Shown piece after piece: positions 14,726 to 27,930 of a stretch of DNA of 64,000 bases. Both the position numbers and the translations under genes were made by a program. Numbering within the stretch: the first letter of the stretch is position 1; each line of letters starts with the position of its first letter. Below the pieces are notes generated by a model that was not told where the DNA came from, did no database searches, and worked only from the letters and a program-made list of their open reading frames with translations. Source of the DNA: Octopus sinensis (taxonomy: Eukaryota); contig NC_043017.1 in NCBI RefSeq assembly GCF_006345805.1, positions 18,972,001-19,036,000 of the forward strand. The letters run 5' to 3'.

Positions 14726-16207
14726 ATGGATAATGAGTCGTATGAGAAACTGGCTGATGACACACGTACAGAGAAAGGGAAAACATGTTGCTGTGACATC
14801 TGTGGTAAATCGTTCCCTAAAAAATACAGCCTAACCATTCACAAACGTATTCATACTGAACAGAATTCATATCGCTGTGATAACTGTGGTAAAGTATTCT
14901 CTCAAAAAATACACCTAACTAGACATAAACGGTATCACACAGAAGACAAACCATACCACTGTAACATCTGTGGTAAAACATTCTTGTCGAAGACTGCATT
15001 GACAGTTCACACATCTAGTCATACTGGCGAGAAACCATATGAATGCGATGTCTGTGGTAAATCATTCTCTGCATCTTATTACTTAACAAGGCACAAATAC
15101 ATTCATACATCAGAAAGACCATATCACTGCGATATATGTGGTAAATGTTTTTATGGAAGTGGTGACTTAACTCGACATAAACGCATTCATACAGGAGAGA
15201 AACCGTATCACTGTGATATTTGTGGCAAATCATTTTCTGGAAGTAATGCCTTATCTAAACACAAGCGTATTCATACGGGAGAGAAGCCATATAAATGTGA
15301 TATCTGTGGCAAATCATTTTTTTCTGGCAATGAATTAATCACACACAAACGTATTCATACAGGTGAGACACCATATCAGTGCGATATGTGTAGTAAATCA
15401 TTCTCTTGCAGAGATGGCTTAACTAAACACAGACGTATTCATACAGGAGAGAAGCCATACCATTGTAATATCTGTGGTAAATCATTTGCTAGAAGTAGTG
15501 ACTTAACAATACACAAACGTATTCATACTGGTGAGAAACCATATCACTGTGATATCTGTGGTAAATCATTCTCTGGAAATGGCAATTTAGCAAAACACAA
15601 ATTAATTCATACAGGAGAGAAACCGTATCACTGTGACATTTGTGGTAAATCATTCTGTGAAAATGGCAACTTAACTGCACATAAATACATTCATGTTGCA
15701 GAAAAGTCAATTAAATGTGAGATCTGTGGTAAATTATTCTCTCGAAGTGATCAATTACATCGGCATAAACGGATTCATACAGGGGAAAAACCATACCGCT
15801 GTGATATCTGTGGTAAAGCTTTCTCTGATAAAAGTGCATCTAACATTCACAACCGTATTCATACAGGGGAGAAACCATATCATTGTGATATCTGTGGTAA
15901 GTCATTTTGTGGCAGCAGTGAGTTAACTAAACATAAACGCACCCATACAGGTGAGAAACCTTATCACTGTGATATCTGTGGCAAGTCATTCTCTGTAAGT
16001 AGTGACATACATAGGCACAGACGCATTCACACAGGTGAAAAACCTTACCAATGTGATATATGTGGCAAATCATTCTCTGAAAATGGTAGCTTGTTGAAAC
16101 ACAAATTTATTCACACAGGGGAAAAAGCACATAGCTGTGAAATTTGTGGAAAATCTTTCTATATTAGAAATAAATTAACTAGACACATGCGTATTCATAC
16201 GGGTTAG
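14726..16207 (+). CDS. C2H2 zinc-finger protein ZNF3 (17 fingers, about 493 aa)
   Basis: Seventeen fingers; first in-frame ATG (MDNE) at 14726 matches paralog starts; predicted acceptor ends 14378, predicted donor GT at 13403. Confidence 0.93.
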   Translation: MDNESYEKLADDTRTEKGKTCCCDICGKSFPKKYSLTIHKRIHTEQNSYRCDNCGKVFSQKIHLTRHKRYHTEDKPYHCNICGKTFLSKTALTVHTSSHTGEKPYECDVCGKSFSASYYLTRHKYIHTSERPYHCDICGKCFYGSGDLTRHKRIHTGEKPYHCDICGKSFSGSNALSKHKRIHTGEKPYKCDICGKSFFSGNELITHKRIHTGETPYQCDMCSKSFSCRDGLTKHRRIHTGEKPYHCNICGKSFARSSDLTIHKRIHTGEKPYHCDICGKSFSGNGNLAKHKLIHTGEKPYHCDICGKSFCENGNLTAHKYIHVAEKSIKCEICGKLFSRSDQLHRHKRIHTGEKPYRCDICGKAFSDKSASNIHNRIHTGEKPYHCDICGKSFCGSSELTKHKRTHTGEKPYHCDICGKSFSVSSDIHRHRRIHTGEKPYQCDICGKSFSENGSLLKHKFIHTGEKAHSCEICGKSFYIRNKLTRHMRIHTG

Positions 16208-17188
16208 AGCATATCACTGTGATATATGTAGTAGATCATTCTCTACTGGTAGACAGTCAACTATGCATGCAGGATTTCATACAGAACGATAAACTTTTCA
16301 ATGCAAAATGTGATTCTATATAAAGAGTTACTTGTAGAAACGTACACGCAATGGAAGGTAAATTTAGGTGTGTGACAATAATCTTTCAAAAATCTATGAT
16401 AAACAACTGTATCTAGCATGTATCTATCAGGAATTCAATCACAACATTTGTTATGATTAAATATAGAAAGCCTAGAAAACATTTCGTCATGCTATATTAG
16501 AATATAAATATATCATTATACATTCATTCATGTAACGTTTATTATGTGTGAATCTTATCAAAGGGATGATTTCATTGCTCGTAAGATTTGAGTTATTTTA
16601 ACAGTTCTCCAGCATTGTTAAGCTAAATTTCAATTGCATGTGTCAAGTCAATGTAATTAATCATGAACTGATCCTAAATGCATAGTTTACGATTAAATGC
16701 CTCCTGTGTTTTTATTCATTTTCCTGTGTTGGCGCCAGTTGGACATTTCTGTCATACAAGATATCACCACATTTTCTCAAGCTTGTACTCTCTAGGTTTT
16801 GAAGCCCCAAATCCTCACCATCATTTTAACATCCTTTGTGACTTTTCTTAAATTCAAAATGAAATAAAACTTGAGTTCTCTTCTATTTGTACTTTAATTG
16901 CTTCCTTTTTTTTATTAATAAAGGAACATTTTTGTTGATATGTTGTTATTGAAGATAATCAAAAACAAATAATGGTAACTCGATAGGTTTATGTAAGGTT
17001 TACATTACTCATGTACAGTTTGGAATTCTAAAAACTGTGTGGCATCACGTTAACCAATTTCTTCAACGACAAAAAACAAAAAAATTGTAAATTATGTCTG
17101 GCTCAAGTGTCTTATATTGTCCCGAGCTGACCACAGCTATGTGAATGCATTTGGTAGATGGAAAGTAAAAGGAGTTATATATATAATT

Positions 17189-17593
17189 ACTAGCAGTATC
17201 GCCAGGCGTTGCTCGGGTTTGTAAGGGAAATAACTATATAAGCATTTTTAGGGAGTTATAGCCAAAAAATAGCAAAAGAAAATGGATTAAAAATGGGGAA
17301 AAAATGATGGTAAATTTTTTTTTAAATCGTTGACTCATCGTAGACATTTTTAGATAGTTACTTCCCTTATATAATAGCGAAAAAATGCATTAAAATGGAA
17401 AAAAATTATGGTAAATTTTTTTTTAAATCGTAGACTCATCGTAGACGCGCGCTAATACCCAGAAGGGCTCGATATGAATCACGACTATAAGACACCCGGT
17501 TTTGGTTAAACTGCACCGCAAAATGTGGGAGTAGTTAGGAATCTAAATCGTAGGAGACAGACAGCACACAACCTCACTTTTATATATAAAGAT
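17189..17593. mobile_element. Helentron-associated (HINE/DINE-1-like) non-autonomous element
   Basis: ACTAGCAGTATCGCCAGGCGTTGCTCGGG ... TTTTATATATAAAGAT; same ends at 28658-29172 and 54439-54958. Confidence 0.65.
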
Positions 17594-17736
17594 TATGTGC
17601 GTGTGTGTGTTATTGTCTCATTGCTTATTTACAACTATCACCGTGTGAGAGCTGCAAAATGAACATCACTGTCATTTCTCTGCAAAAGCATGTCTGGTCA
17701 TGGAAAAGTATTACCTTACTTGAAAATACTCTTTAC

Positions 17737-17915
17737 TCTTTTACTTGTTTCGGTCATTTGACTGCGGCCATGCTGGAGCACCGCCTTTAGTCGAGCAACT
17801 CGACCCCGGGGCTTATTCTCTCGGTCTCTTTTTGCCGAACCGCTAAGTGACGGGGACATAAACGCACCAGCATCGGTTGTCAAGCAATGCTAGGGGGACA
17901 AACACAGACACACAA

Positions 17916-17981
<66 letters not shown>

Positions 17982-18040
17982 GACGGGCTTCTTTCAGTTT
18001 CCGTCTACCAAATCCACTCACAAGGCTTTGGTCGGCCCGA
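17737..18040 (-). mobile_element. SINE family B with internal (TA)n, truncated
   Basis: GCGGCCATGCTGGAGCACCGCC / GACAAACACAGACAC / CTACCAAATCCACTCACAAGGC blocks shared with 26231-26616 and 56912-57313. Confidence 0.78.
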
Positions 18041-18067
18041 AAATGTGAAGTTTGATGATAGGAACGC

Positions 18068-18295
18068 GGCGAGCTGGCAGAACAGTTAGCACGCCGGGTG
18101 AACTGCTTCGCAGTATTTCGTCTGCCGCTACGTTCTGAGTTCAAATTCCGCCGCGGTCGACTTTGCCTTTCATCCTTTTGGGGTCGATTAAATAAGTACC
18201 AGTTACGCACTGAGGTCGATCTAATCGACTTAATCCGTTTGTCTGTCCTTGTTTGTCCCTTCTGTGTTTAGCCCCTTGTGGGTAGTGAAGAAAAA
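18068..18295 (+). mobile_element. tRNA-derived SINE, family A
   Basis: Homologous to 9150-9378 in the opposite orientation. Confidence 0.8.
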
Positions 18296-19451
18296 GGTTG
18301 ATGATAGGAATGTCATAGAAAATCCACTTCAATAAATTCTGTGCGAGCATGGAAAAGAGAACATTAAAATGAAGATGATAGCATTGAGGCCAACCAATTT
18401 GCCCTCCACTTCAGCACAGACCCTCCCCAAACTGCAATATATTGATATCATCATTCAATGTCCACATTTCCATGAATGCGCGGGTCATATCAAATTTTAT
18501 GAGGCAGATTTTTTGGTAACTCTGAAAATTTATCGATTTTTTTATATCACAGCTTAATTTTGCCATTAAAAGTAGACAATACTGAAACACTATGACTCTA
18601 ATCCTAACTTTTTCATCAGACAATATAACAGTTATGGTTTCCATTAAAAGCAGACGACACTAAAATATGACAATATATTTCCATTTAAAGCAAACACTAA
18701 AACAATACGTGTGTGTATATATATATAATAATATTAGGGAGTATATCCAAACTTACAGGGAAAAATTAGATTTAGGATTAAATCAAATTTCACAGTATAA
18801 ATATAAATTAAATTTGAGATAAAACCACTATTAGGCAAATCAAACAGTGAAAGACATAAACAAAAAATAAATATAATATAATATATAATATATATATATA
18901 AAATTTAAATCATTAAAATTTTTTATTTTTAAATTTATATTTTCAATTTTTTTCATTTTTAAACTTTTAAACTTTTTTTTTGTGTTTAAGAAAGAAATAT
19001 TATTACTCACCCATTATCTTTATACGTAAATATCCAATATGTGAATATCCAATATGTAAAACTAGACACAATATATGTAACGAAATATCCATAGTGCGAA
19101 CATTTTCTTCAGTTAATCTTGGGATAAGGTAAATTTTGAAACATAAGAAGCCAAATTCTACAAACTTCCATTCACAACGTCTGCTGGCCCATGGCGTGTG
19201 TTCGTGCAAACGTGAGCTTCTATGTGCGCGTGTAACTGTGTCGGTGTAAGTGTATGCGTGCGCATTGCAAGCATGTGTGTGTGATGGTTGGGTAAATTAT
19301 GCCCCTAACGGAACGCAGGAGACAAATTGTTGCAAGGGAGATAACTTTCGATGAACTTCAAATTATTACCGTGATTTCTGAACGTGTATATATATATATA
19401 TATAAATATACATACACACGCATACATATATACACACATACATATGTACAT

Positions 19452-19500
<49 letters not shown>

Positions 19501-20184
19501 ATATATATATACACATGCATACATACATATATATATACATTTCTTTATTGCCCACAAGGGGCTAAACATAGAGGGGACAAACAAGGACAGACAAAGGGAT
19601 TAAGTCGATTACATCGACCTCAGTGCGAAACTGGTACTTAATTTATCGACCCCGAAAGGATGAAAGGCAAAGTCAACCTCGATATATATATATAAGATCC
19701 AAGGATCAACGTGTAGGAAGAAAGTCAGCTTCGAGCCATCTGTAGTGAATATTAAAAAAACAACTTTTAGGGACAATAGTGGTTTATTGAGAGGGAAGGT
19801 TGTGGATTTTCTTATTATCGAAGTACAATAAATTGAATTCTTTTTATATTTCATGGTAGGCAACCAGGGTTGCCGGGTATGCGAAAAGAAAACGAGTTAA
19901 GGAATGGAGTAGATAACATCCAGGCTACATTTTTTTCATAGTGGGTGGAACTTTGGAAGTGCTAAATATCCAAATGAGGTGTATGTATATTCCTCTATCT
20001 ACTATTTTATTCCTTATAAACTGTGAATTTCTGTGTCTAGATCTTTCATACATACTCACCTAGTGTATGGACATGCTAGCCTATCACTTGGGATATCCCA
20101 GAAACAGCTGTAAGATTCAAATTCACCTTACCCTAATTAAATATTTTAATACCTATCCTGCTTGGTTTTTGTTGTCCTTTTTTC

Positions 20185-20228
<44 letters not shown>

Positions 20229-20229
20229 C

Positions 20230-20510
20230 TTGATCACGTGATCGACCAGACCATCAGATGTTGCTACACATCGCTGCTCACAATGCGTTCGCATTGTTTT
20301 AGCCTTCGAATGACGCCACCCCGCTGGCTAAGCGAGCAGGCCAACAGAAGAAAGAGTGGTGAAAGAGTACAGCAGGGATCACCACCCCCTGCCGGAGCTT
20401 CGTGGAGCTTTTAGGTGTTTTCGCTCAATAAACACTCACAACACCCGGTCTGGGAATCGAAACTGCAATCCTACGACCGCTGCCCTAACCACTAGGCCAT
20501 TGCGCCTCCA
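20230..20510 (-). mobile_element. tRNA-headed SINE, third family
   Basis: Minus strand starts GGAGGCGCAATGGCCTAGTGGTTAGGGCAGCG (A-box) with B-box-like GTTTCGATTCCC; set in (TA)n. Confidence 0.6.
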
Positions 20511-20511
20511 C

Positions 20512-20564
<53 letters not shown>

Positions 20565-20803
20565 CATATACATATATATATATGTGCAGGTGGCACGTAA
20601 AATATATATATATGTGCGGGTGGCACGTAAAAAGCACCCACTACACTCACGGAGTGGTTGGCGTTAGGAAGGGCATCCAGCCGTAGAAACACTGCCAGAT
20701 CTGACTGGGCCTGATGAAGCCTTCAAGCTTCACAGACCCCAGTTAAACCGTCCAACCCATGCTAGCATGGAGAACGGACTCTAAATGATGATGATGATGA
20801 TGA

Positions 20804-20846
<43 letters not shown>

Positions 20847-20959
20847 ACGGACTCGCCCATCGGTTTCGATGTATAAGGCTCCAACAACGTACTCTTACTT
20901 TGTCAGTCATAAAGCTTATGTTGAATATAACTTTTAAGACCCACCAACAATTTGCAAAG

Positions 20960-22690
20960 AAGGCCACAAATGTTGGAAGTTTGAGGATTACTGGTCAGTG
21001 TAGGTGGTATAGTTGTAGTTGCTTTTCTCCTTTGCCTTGCACTCCAAAGCCTGTTAATGCTGGTTGCAACAAAGTGTTTAATACCATTTTGACACAACAA
21101 TCTCCAAGGTTATTTGCTCAAAGGTATTGTGAGCTATCTTCATCACTAAGAGGTTGTGCTTCAGCTTTGTCCTTATATCTGTGTTCACTCTCAAGCTGGC
21201 TGTACATGAAGACTTAGGATATTCTTTCATCACTCATTCTGATGACATGACCAGCCCAACACAATTGTGATTGTATAAGGAAGCTTTCAATTCCACCAAT
21301 CTTACACTTGCTAAAAAGTTGGCATTAGAAACTTTGACTTTTAGTGAATAACCTCAGATTGTCCTCAGACAGTTTTTGTGGAAGATGTCTCGTTGCTTAA
21401 TGTGTTGTCTATAGGGTATCCACAATTCTGAGCCATACAAGTGAGTAGTAAGAATGTCTGCTGTATGGACCTACTCTTTGGTGTCAAGTTTGAGGCCCTT
21501 TTTGTTCCATAGGCAATGACAGAATTTACCAAATGCATTGGTTGTCTTTGCAAGACAGTTGATGATTTCATCATCAAGGGAAGCACTCAAATTCATTTTA
21601 CTACCAAGATATGTAAATGACTTCACATAATTAAGGCTTTTCCCATCAAACTGTATAGGAGTGTCAGGAAAATTGTGAACCGGTGGCCTCTGCTTGACAC
21701 CTTGAATTTGTTTAGGAGTAGGGCAAGGTTGGTGGATTACTTCCATCTTCTTTATGCTGATGGTCAAACCAAAGGCTTTACATGCAGCAGAAAACTGGTC
21801 TAGAAGTTCGAGATTCCTCTAAAAAGATCACTACTAGTGCAGCAGCATCTGCAAAAAGTAGATCAGGAATGATACTGGTACATGGCAGTATTCTTGCTTT
21901 GAAATGCTGATGATTGAATAGTCCACCACTTGTTCGAAACTGGAATTTGACATCACTTTGTGCATCACTGAAAATCACTGAAAATAAGAGTGCAAACAAA
22001 ACAGGAGCCATAACACAACCTTGCTTAGTACCATTTGTAACGTCAAAGGAAGCTGAAGATTCCCCACCGGCATGACAGCAGCTTTCATTCTCCCATGAAA
22101 GGAGATGATAACATTTAACATCTTGTCAGGTATACCAAGCTTTTTCAGAACTTTCCATATTGGTTGCTGGTTAACAGTGTTGAAGACCTTTGTAAGGTCA
22201 ACGAATATCAAGAACTCAAGATTTTTCTCATGTACATTTTTCATGACCTGTCGGAGGGAAAAGATTATGTCGATAGTGACACGACCAGAGCGAAATCTGC
22301 ACTACGATTCTGGATAGATATCATTTACGTGTTAGATGATTCTGTCAAGAATGAGTTGAGCAAGAATTTTACCGGCGATATTCCACGATGATTATCACAG
22401 ACATTTCTGATGCTTTGTTCTTATACAGATGTTGAATTGAAGCATCCTTCAAGTCCTGTGGTACACAGCCAACCTTCCAGATGTTTATGAAGAGGTTATG
22501 CAGTTTCTAAAAAAGCTTCTGTCCACCATGTTTGTAAATTTCAGGAGGGATAGCATCACTGCCAGGTGCTTTACCAGAAGAGATCTGTTTAATAGAGTTT
22601 ACCATTTCCAGGAAGGTTGGCTCCAGAGACAATTTCGGTATTACAGTGTGCTGTGGAACAGACATTATGACTTCGTCATTAGTGACTTCA
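20960..22690 (-). mobile_element. Degenerate RTE (BovB-like) LINE, RT region and C-terminus
   Basis: Fragments FVDLTKVFNTV...LGIPDKMLNVIISFH, APVLFALLFS...DLLFADAAALV, FTYLGS...DDEIINCLAKTTNAFG. Confidence 0.85.
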
Positions 22691-23000
22691 ACACCGCTTC
22701 AAAATTATCTTATGTATGGCGATCCTTCGGTATAGGTACACAAGTGACTTTGTTTGCATTTCTGAAGATAGCAGAAACCCTTTTCTCCCACCCCTAACCG
22801 TAACCCTAATCCCCCCATATATAAAAAAAAAATCCCTTTCTTGAAATGTATCCGGTACTTACACCGAATAATCTTTAATTCAAACAACATAAACAAGGTA
22901 CCTCGCTTGTTTACAAGTGCTTTTCTATGCATACATATACATGCATTCGCATATCCAAATGCAAGCTTGCACACACGACTCACTCCACACAACACGCTAC

Positions 23001-23029
23001 CGCCATGCGCATGCTCAACCGGATATTGG
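23001..23029 (+). promoter_or_regulatory. Conserved ZNF-gene upstream motif, copy 4
   Basis: CGCCATGCGCATGCTCAACCGGATATTGG, 1.64 kb upstream of the ZNF4 start. Confidence 0.7.
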
Positions 23030-23650
23030 CTTTAGTCTGCCAATATGAAAGGCTATCCCTAAAGCCGATCGCCCTGCCTAAAGAATACTTTATTTAGCAT
23101 AAACCGTTGTTACCAAAGGCTAATAGCATAACATATTTATTTTCAATTCACCAACACACTGATCATCATCGCCGATTTCCTCAAAAATAACTGTGATTTA
23201 TACGAGGTATATTAATTTATATTTCTTCATTCAACCGTTCGTTTGTTTGTTTTTTTCATTCCTCAACACTGTTTATTTTTGCTTGATCTGTCGTAAAATT
23301 CGTCACATCTCTGAAACAACGTGATTTTGACCAAAGGTCGGATCTTTTCGGTTTGAACGGCAGTTTGTAACATAATTTCTAGGTAACTAAAAAAATTTTA
23401 AACTTCGTATACTGGTAGAATGTGTTTATAAAACATCATTTTCTCTTGGCTTAAATTGAGAAAATTCTATAGTTTGTAACATATTTCGTCTAAAATTTCT
23501 TGCATTTCGGCAATTTTAACCAATCCCTGACCGTCCATTGAGGTGTAAGCATTCTGTGCGTCATCAATATGTCCCTCGTTTAAGAAACAGATTGGGTTTA
23601 TTTACATTTGTGAAGAAAAAAAGATACCCTTCTCCCACCCCTAACCATAA

Positions 23651-23819
23651 CCCTAAATCTAAAATAGATCAATGCTAGGATCATAATTATGGGTGACATT
23701 TTCATTTGACACCGCTAGGAAAAACTCCCATTTTCCCTAGCGGTGTCGTATGAAATTGTCACCCATAATTATAACCCTAGTATCGATCTATTGCATTTTA
23801 ATCTATTTTAGATTTAGGG
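23651..23819. repeat. Imperfect palindrome / MITE-like hairpin in the predicted ZNF4 intron
   Basis: CCCTAAATCTAAAATAGAT...CATAATTATGGGTGACA...GACACCGCTAGG mirrored by CCTAGCGGTGTC...TGTCACCCATAATTAT...ATCTATTTTAGATTTAGGG. Confidence 0.75.
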
Positions 23820-24643
23820 CTAGAGTGTGCATCTATATATATATATATATATATATACAGAATTTCAGGGAAAGAATGATGTGGAAAGAACAGAGATAGC
23901 GTTGAAAAATAAATTCGTACTGAGAAAGAAGCAGGGAGTTGTAAAGCAAACCAGAAATTATGTTACAGACTGACAGATTCAACAAAATTCATTATACTGA
24001 TTGTCGTCATGGTGGTTTTATGTTGTCATTGCCAGCTATGGGCTTTGCTAAGTCTATAAGTTACTTTCTCCTTCTGCCACTAATTGCTGCAGTTTAATGT
24101 AATTTCATAGAATATGATGGCAATAGACTTCACACAAGATCGTATGATGTCATTTTGATAACCAATTAAAGTTTAAAGTTCAGTCATCAACATAAAAGTT
24201 TATATTTACAGTTTATGAATAGAAATGTAGTAAATTTTCTACTGTTGACTGTTTCCTTTTAAATATGCCCTATATCTTATGCTCTTTCTCATTTGTTTCA
24301 GAAAAACCAGATGACATTGGCATAAAAGTATTTTTTCAGACGTATCTTCAATATTCACCCCCTTTAAAAAAAGTCAAGGAAGATATTTTATAGAAAGGAT
24401 ATAACCCTATCTTTTTAAGTGAAATGTTTCTTGTGACCTGAGGTCACTAACAAAATTTCTCTCCTTCATTGTCAGGAATATGTTCAAGATTTGGTTGCAT
24501 TTTAATTAAACTTGGAGAAATTTACAAAGGAGTTTGCAGTATCTTTTGATATCAACAAAAATTACGTGTGATGGAAAAATTGCAGTAGAATTAATTAAGA
24601 AAATATGAGAAGAGAAGTGATCAGAAAAGAATAATTATGGAAA

Positions 24644-25813
24644 ATGAATTCTGTGAAAAAACCAGTGAATATTAAAGCTGAGTCTGAAAGCATAGATTTT
24701 CCTAATAAGATGTTAAAAGATTTAGGAAAAACATCATATCACTTTCATGCAGGAGACAAAACATTCTCTGAAAAAAATCAGTTAACTTTTCATACAGGTG
24801 AGAAAGCATATCACTGTAATACCTGTGGTAAATCTTTCTCTTACAAAAATGCATTAACTGTACATGAATGCATTCATTCAGGACAGAAGCCATATACCTG
24901 TAACATCTGTGGTAAATCATTCTCTGGAAGTAATGACTTAAGTACTCACATACGTATCCATACAGGAGAGAAGCCATATCACTGTGATACTTGTGGTAGA
25001 TCATTCTCTCATAGAAATGCTTTAACTGTACACAAACGTATTCATACAGGAGAGAAACCATATCACTGTGATATCTGTGATAAATCCTTCTCCAGAAGTA
25101 GTGAATTAACTACTCACAAACGCATTCATACTGGAGAGAAGCCTTATCAATGTGATATCTGTGATAAATCATTCTCTGTTAGTTGCCACTTAACTACTCA
25201 TAAGCGTAGCCATACAGGAGAGAAGCCATATCACTGTGCTATCTGTGGTTCATCATTTTCTGCAAAAAGTAGCTTAAATACTCATATGCGACTTCATACA
25301 GGAGAGAAGCCATATCTCTGTGATATCTGTGGTAAATCATTTTCTGCAAAGGGTGAATTAACTGTACACACATATATTCATACAGGAGAGAAGCCATATA
25401 CCTGTGATATCTGTGGTAAATCATTATCTGATCCAGGTAACCTAACTAAACACAAACGTATTCACACAGGTGAGAAACCATATCACTGTGATATCTGTGA
25501 CAAATTTTTCTCTGAAAGAAGTTACTTAACTATTCACAAACGTATCCATACAGGAGAGAAACCATATCACTGTGACATATGTAGCAAATCATTCTGTAAA
25601 ATTAGTAACTTAACTAGTCACAAGCGTATTCATACAGGAGAGAGACCATATCGTTGTGACATCTGTAACAAATCATTTTCTCACAGTGGTTCTTTATCTA
25701 ATCACAGGCAAATTCATACAGAACAGAGTCCATATCAGTGTGATATCTGTGGTAAATCATTCTCTAAAAAAGGTCACCTAGCTACACATGTTCGTATTCA
25801 TACAGAAGAATAA
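24644..25813 (+). CDS. C2H2 zinc-finger protein ZNF4 (12 intact fingers plus one degenerate, 389 aa)
   Basis: Twelve intact fingers, largely collinear with ZNF1. The paralogous ATG at 24637 is out of frame, so the start is uncertain. Predicted acceptor ends 24301, donor GT at 23207. Confidence 0.88.
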   Translation: MNSVKKPVNIKAESESIDFPNKMLKDLGKTSYHFHAGDKTFSEKNQLTFHTGEKAYHCNTCGKSFSYKNALTVHECIHSGQKPYTCNICGKSFSGSNDLSTHIRIHTGEKPYHCDTCGRSFSHRNALTVHKRIHTGEKPYHCDICDKSFSRSSELTTHKRIHTGEKPYQCDICDKSFSVSCHLTTHKRSHTGEKPYHCAICGSSFSAKSSLNTHMRLHTGEKPYLCDICGKSFSAKGELTVHTYIHTGEKPYTCDICGKSLSDPGNLTKHKRIHTGEKPYHCDICDKFFSERSYLTIHKRIHTGEKPYHCDICSKSFCKISNLTSHKRIHTGERPYRCDICNKSFSHSGSLSNHRQIHTEQSPYQCDICGKSFSKKGHLATHVRIHTEE

Positions 25814-26230
25814 GGATATTTATCTCACACCTTATTTTTAGAAAAATTATCACATGTAAGCATAAATTATTCTCACAGGAAAGAAGACGTAATAGTCTGG
25901 TAACAAACTTTATATCACATAATCACAACTATATCTTCATTGGTTAGATAATTTACCACTGTGATATTGTTAATAAAACCACTTTTTTTAATATAATCAT
26001 ACATAGTCCATTTGACATATTTCTGAAAGAGGGAAAATGGATGCTGAATGATGATGATGAAAAGGATACTTTTGATTTATTTGACATTGGGTAAATAACT
26101 GAAAATATACATTGCTGTAAATTAGGGATACTATCATGGTAGAGTTGATATGCTATTAAATACATGATGCATAGAAAATACTTCCTTGTGGCACAAGACA
26201 GAATACTTATTTATCTACATGTATCTCTCT

Positions 26231-26616
26231 CTTTTACTTGTTTCAGTCATTTGACTGCGGCCATGCTGGAGCACCGCCTTTAGTCGAGCAAATCGACCCC
26301 GGGACTTATTCTTTGTAAGCCCAGTACTTATTCTATCGGTTTCTTTTGCCGAACCGCCAAGTGACGGGGACGTAAACACACCAGCATCGGTTGTCAAGCA
26401 ATACTAGGGGGACAAACACAGACACAAACACACACATATATATATATACATATATACAACAGGCTTCTTTCAGTTTCCGTCTACCAAATCCACTCACAAG
26501 GCATTGGTCAGCCTGGGGCTATAGCAGAAGACACTTGCCCAAGGTGCCACGCAGTGGGACTGAACCCAGAACCATGTGGTTGGTAAACAAGCTACTTACC
26601 ACACAGCCACTCCTGC
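26231..26616 (-). mobile_element. SINE family B, full length
   Basis: Minus head GCAGGAGTGGCTGTGTGGTAAG, B-box GGTTCAGTCCC, internal (TA)n; near-identical to 56912-57313. Confidence 0.82.
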
Positions 26617-27232
26617 ACCTATATATATATATTTTTTTATTATTATTTCACTTAGGCATAGTGACAGCAATAATCTGGTGTTGGAACTCAATGTACAATG
26701 CTTCAAAACAGAGTAGAGTAGTAATAAGAAATTGGGGATGACAAAGGAATAAGAAATTATGTCATAAGCTTGATTATCTCATGGATGTTTCTGCAATAAG
26801 ATGCAATGCACTCCTAGTTGAATGCTTGTCTATCACTCTATAGCTTCATTGGAGCTTTAAACATGAGGTGCAATTTATATATACATATTTATTAATGTTT
26901 GCTTTTTATGTTCGGTTATAATAAAAACAATTTTACATTAATCTAAAGAAATACTCCATACTTTTGTATTAGAGTACAAATATGTTATTCTTTAATAAAG
27001 AATAAAACACACATACACTTCCTTATTGTTGAGCAGTGTTTTCTTGGTTTTGGCTTACAGCCTGTCGAAATGGAAAATAGCATGCAGGTACAGCGGACAG
27101 TGTACCAAGGGAGACAACCTATATATATATATATTCATAAATGAGGGTGAAAAATTAGATATTAATTTAATAATACCGTCAGTTTAACACCAAGTGGCCT
27201 AGCACATAGAAACCAGGGAGACAGTGAAAATT

Positions 27233-27521
27233 TATATATAAATATAAGAGAGTTAACGATAAGTGGCTAACTCTAGTGCTAGAAATAGCTCCTTTTTCTC
27301 GTATAGCCACCGAAGATTTTTTCCACAGCAGAAACAGCATTACTTTCAACATAAGGGAAGCGAAATACAATCTATTTTTCTTTTTGTTGTATTTCGCTTC
27401 CCTTATGTTGAAAGTAATGTTGTTTTGCTGTGGAAAAAATCTTCGGTGGCTATACCAAAAAGGAGCTATTTCTAGCACTAGAGTTAGCCACTTATCGTTA
27501 ACTCCCTTATATTTATATATA
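27233..27521. repeat. Long near-perfect palindrome (arms about 138 bp, loop 16 nt)
   Basis: Arm 27233-27370 is the reverse complement of 27387-27521 with few mismatches; TA-rich ends. Confidence 0.92.
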
Positions 27522-27579
27522 TTACGGAGATGTACTTGCATAGCGAGTGACTTGATCTGAGATCGTGTGCTGGAACGAA

Positions 27580-27846
27580 AACAGTTGCAGGGTGGAAGGT
27601 GTTTATAAGCCATTTAAGAAACACACAAAACCGTTAGATTCACTTCAACATTTAAATTTAATTTGTCAAAGTATTTTCGTCGCTTTGAGACTGCGACCTG
27701 TTCACTGACAAAACTTCGTGATGAACAGGTCGCGGTCTCAAAGCGACGAAAATATTTTGACAAATTAAAGTTAAATGTTGAAGTGAATCTAACGGTTTTG
27801 TGTGTTTCTTAAATGGCTTATAAACACCTTCCACGCTGCAATTGTT
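27580..27846. repeat. Second long near-perfect palindrome (arms about 125 bp, loop 17 nt)
   Basis: Arm 27580-27704 is the reverse complement of 27722-27846 with about five mismatches. Confidence 0.92.
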
Positions 27847-27930
27847 ATATATATATGCATGTGTTTGTATGTGCGTTAGTATATGTATGCATACGTAGGC
27901 GCCTGGTAAACCAGCCTGCCATGAAGTTCA

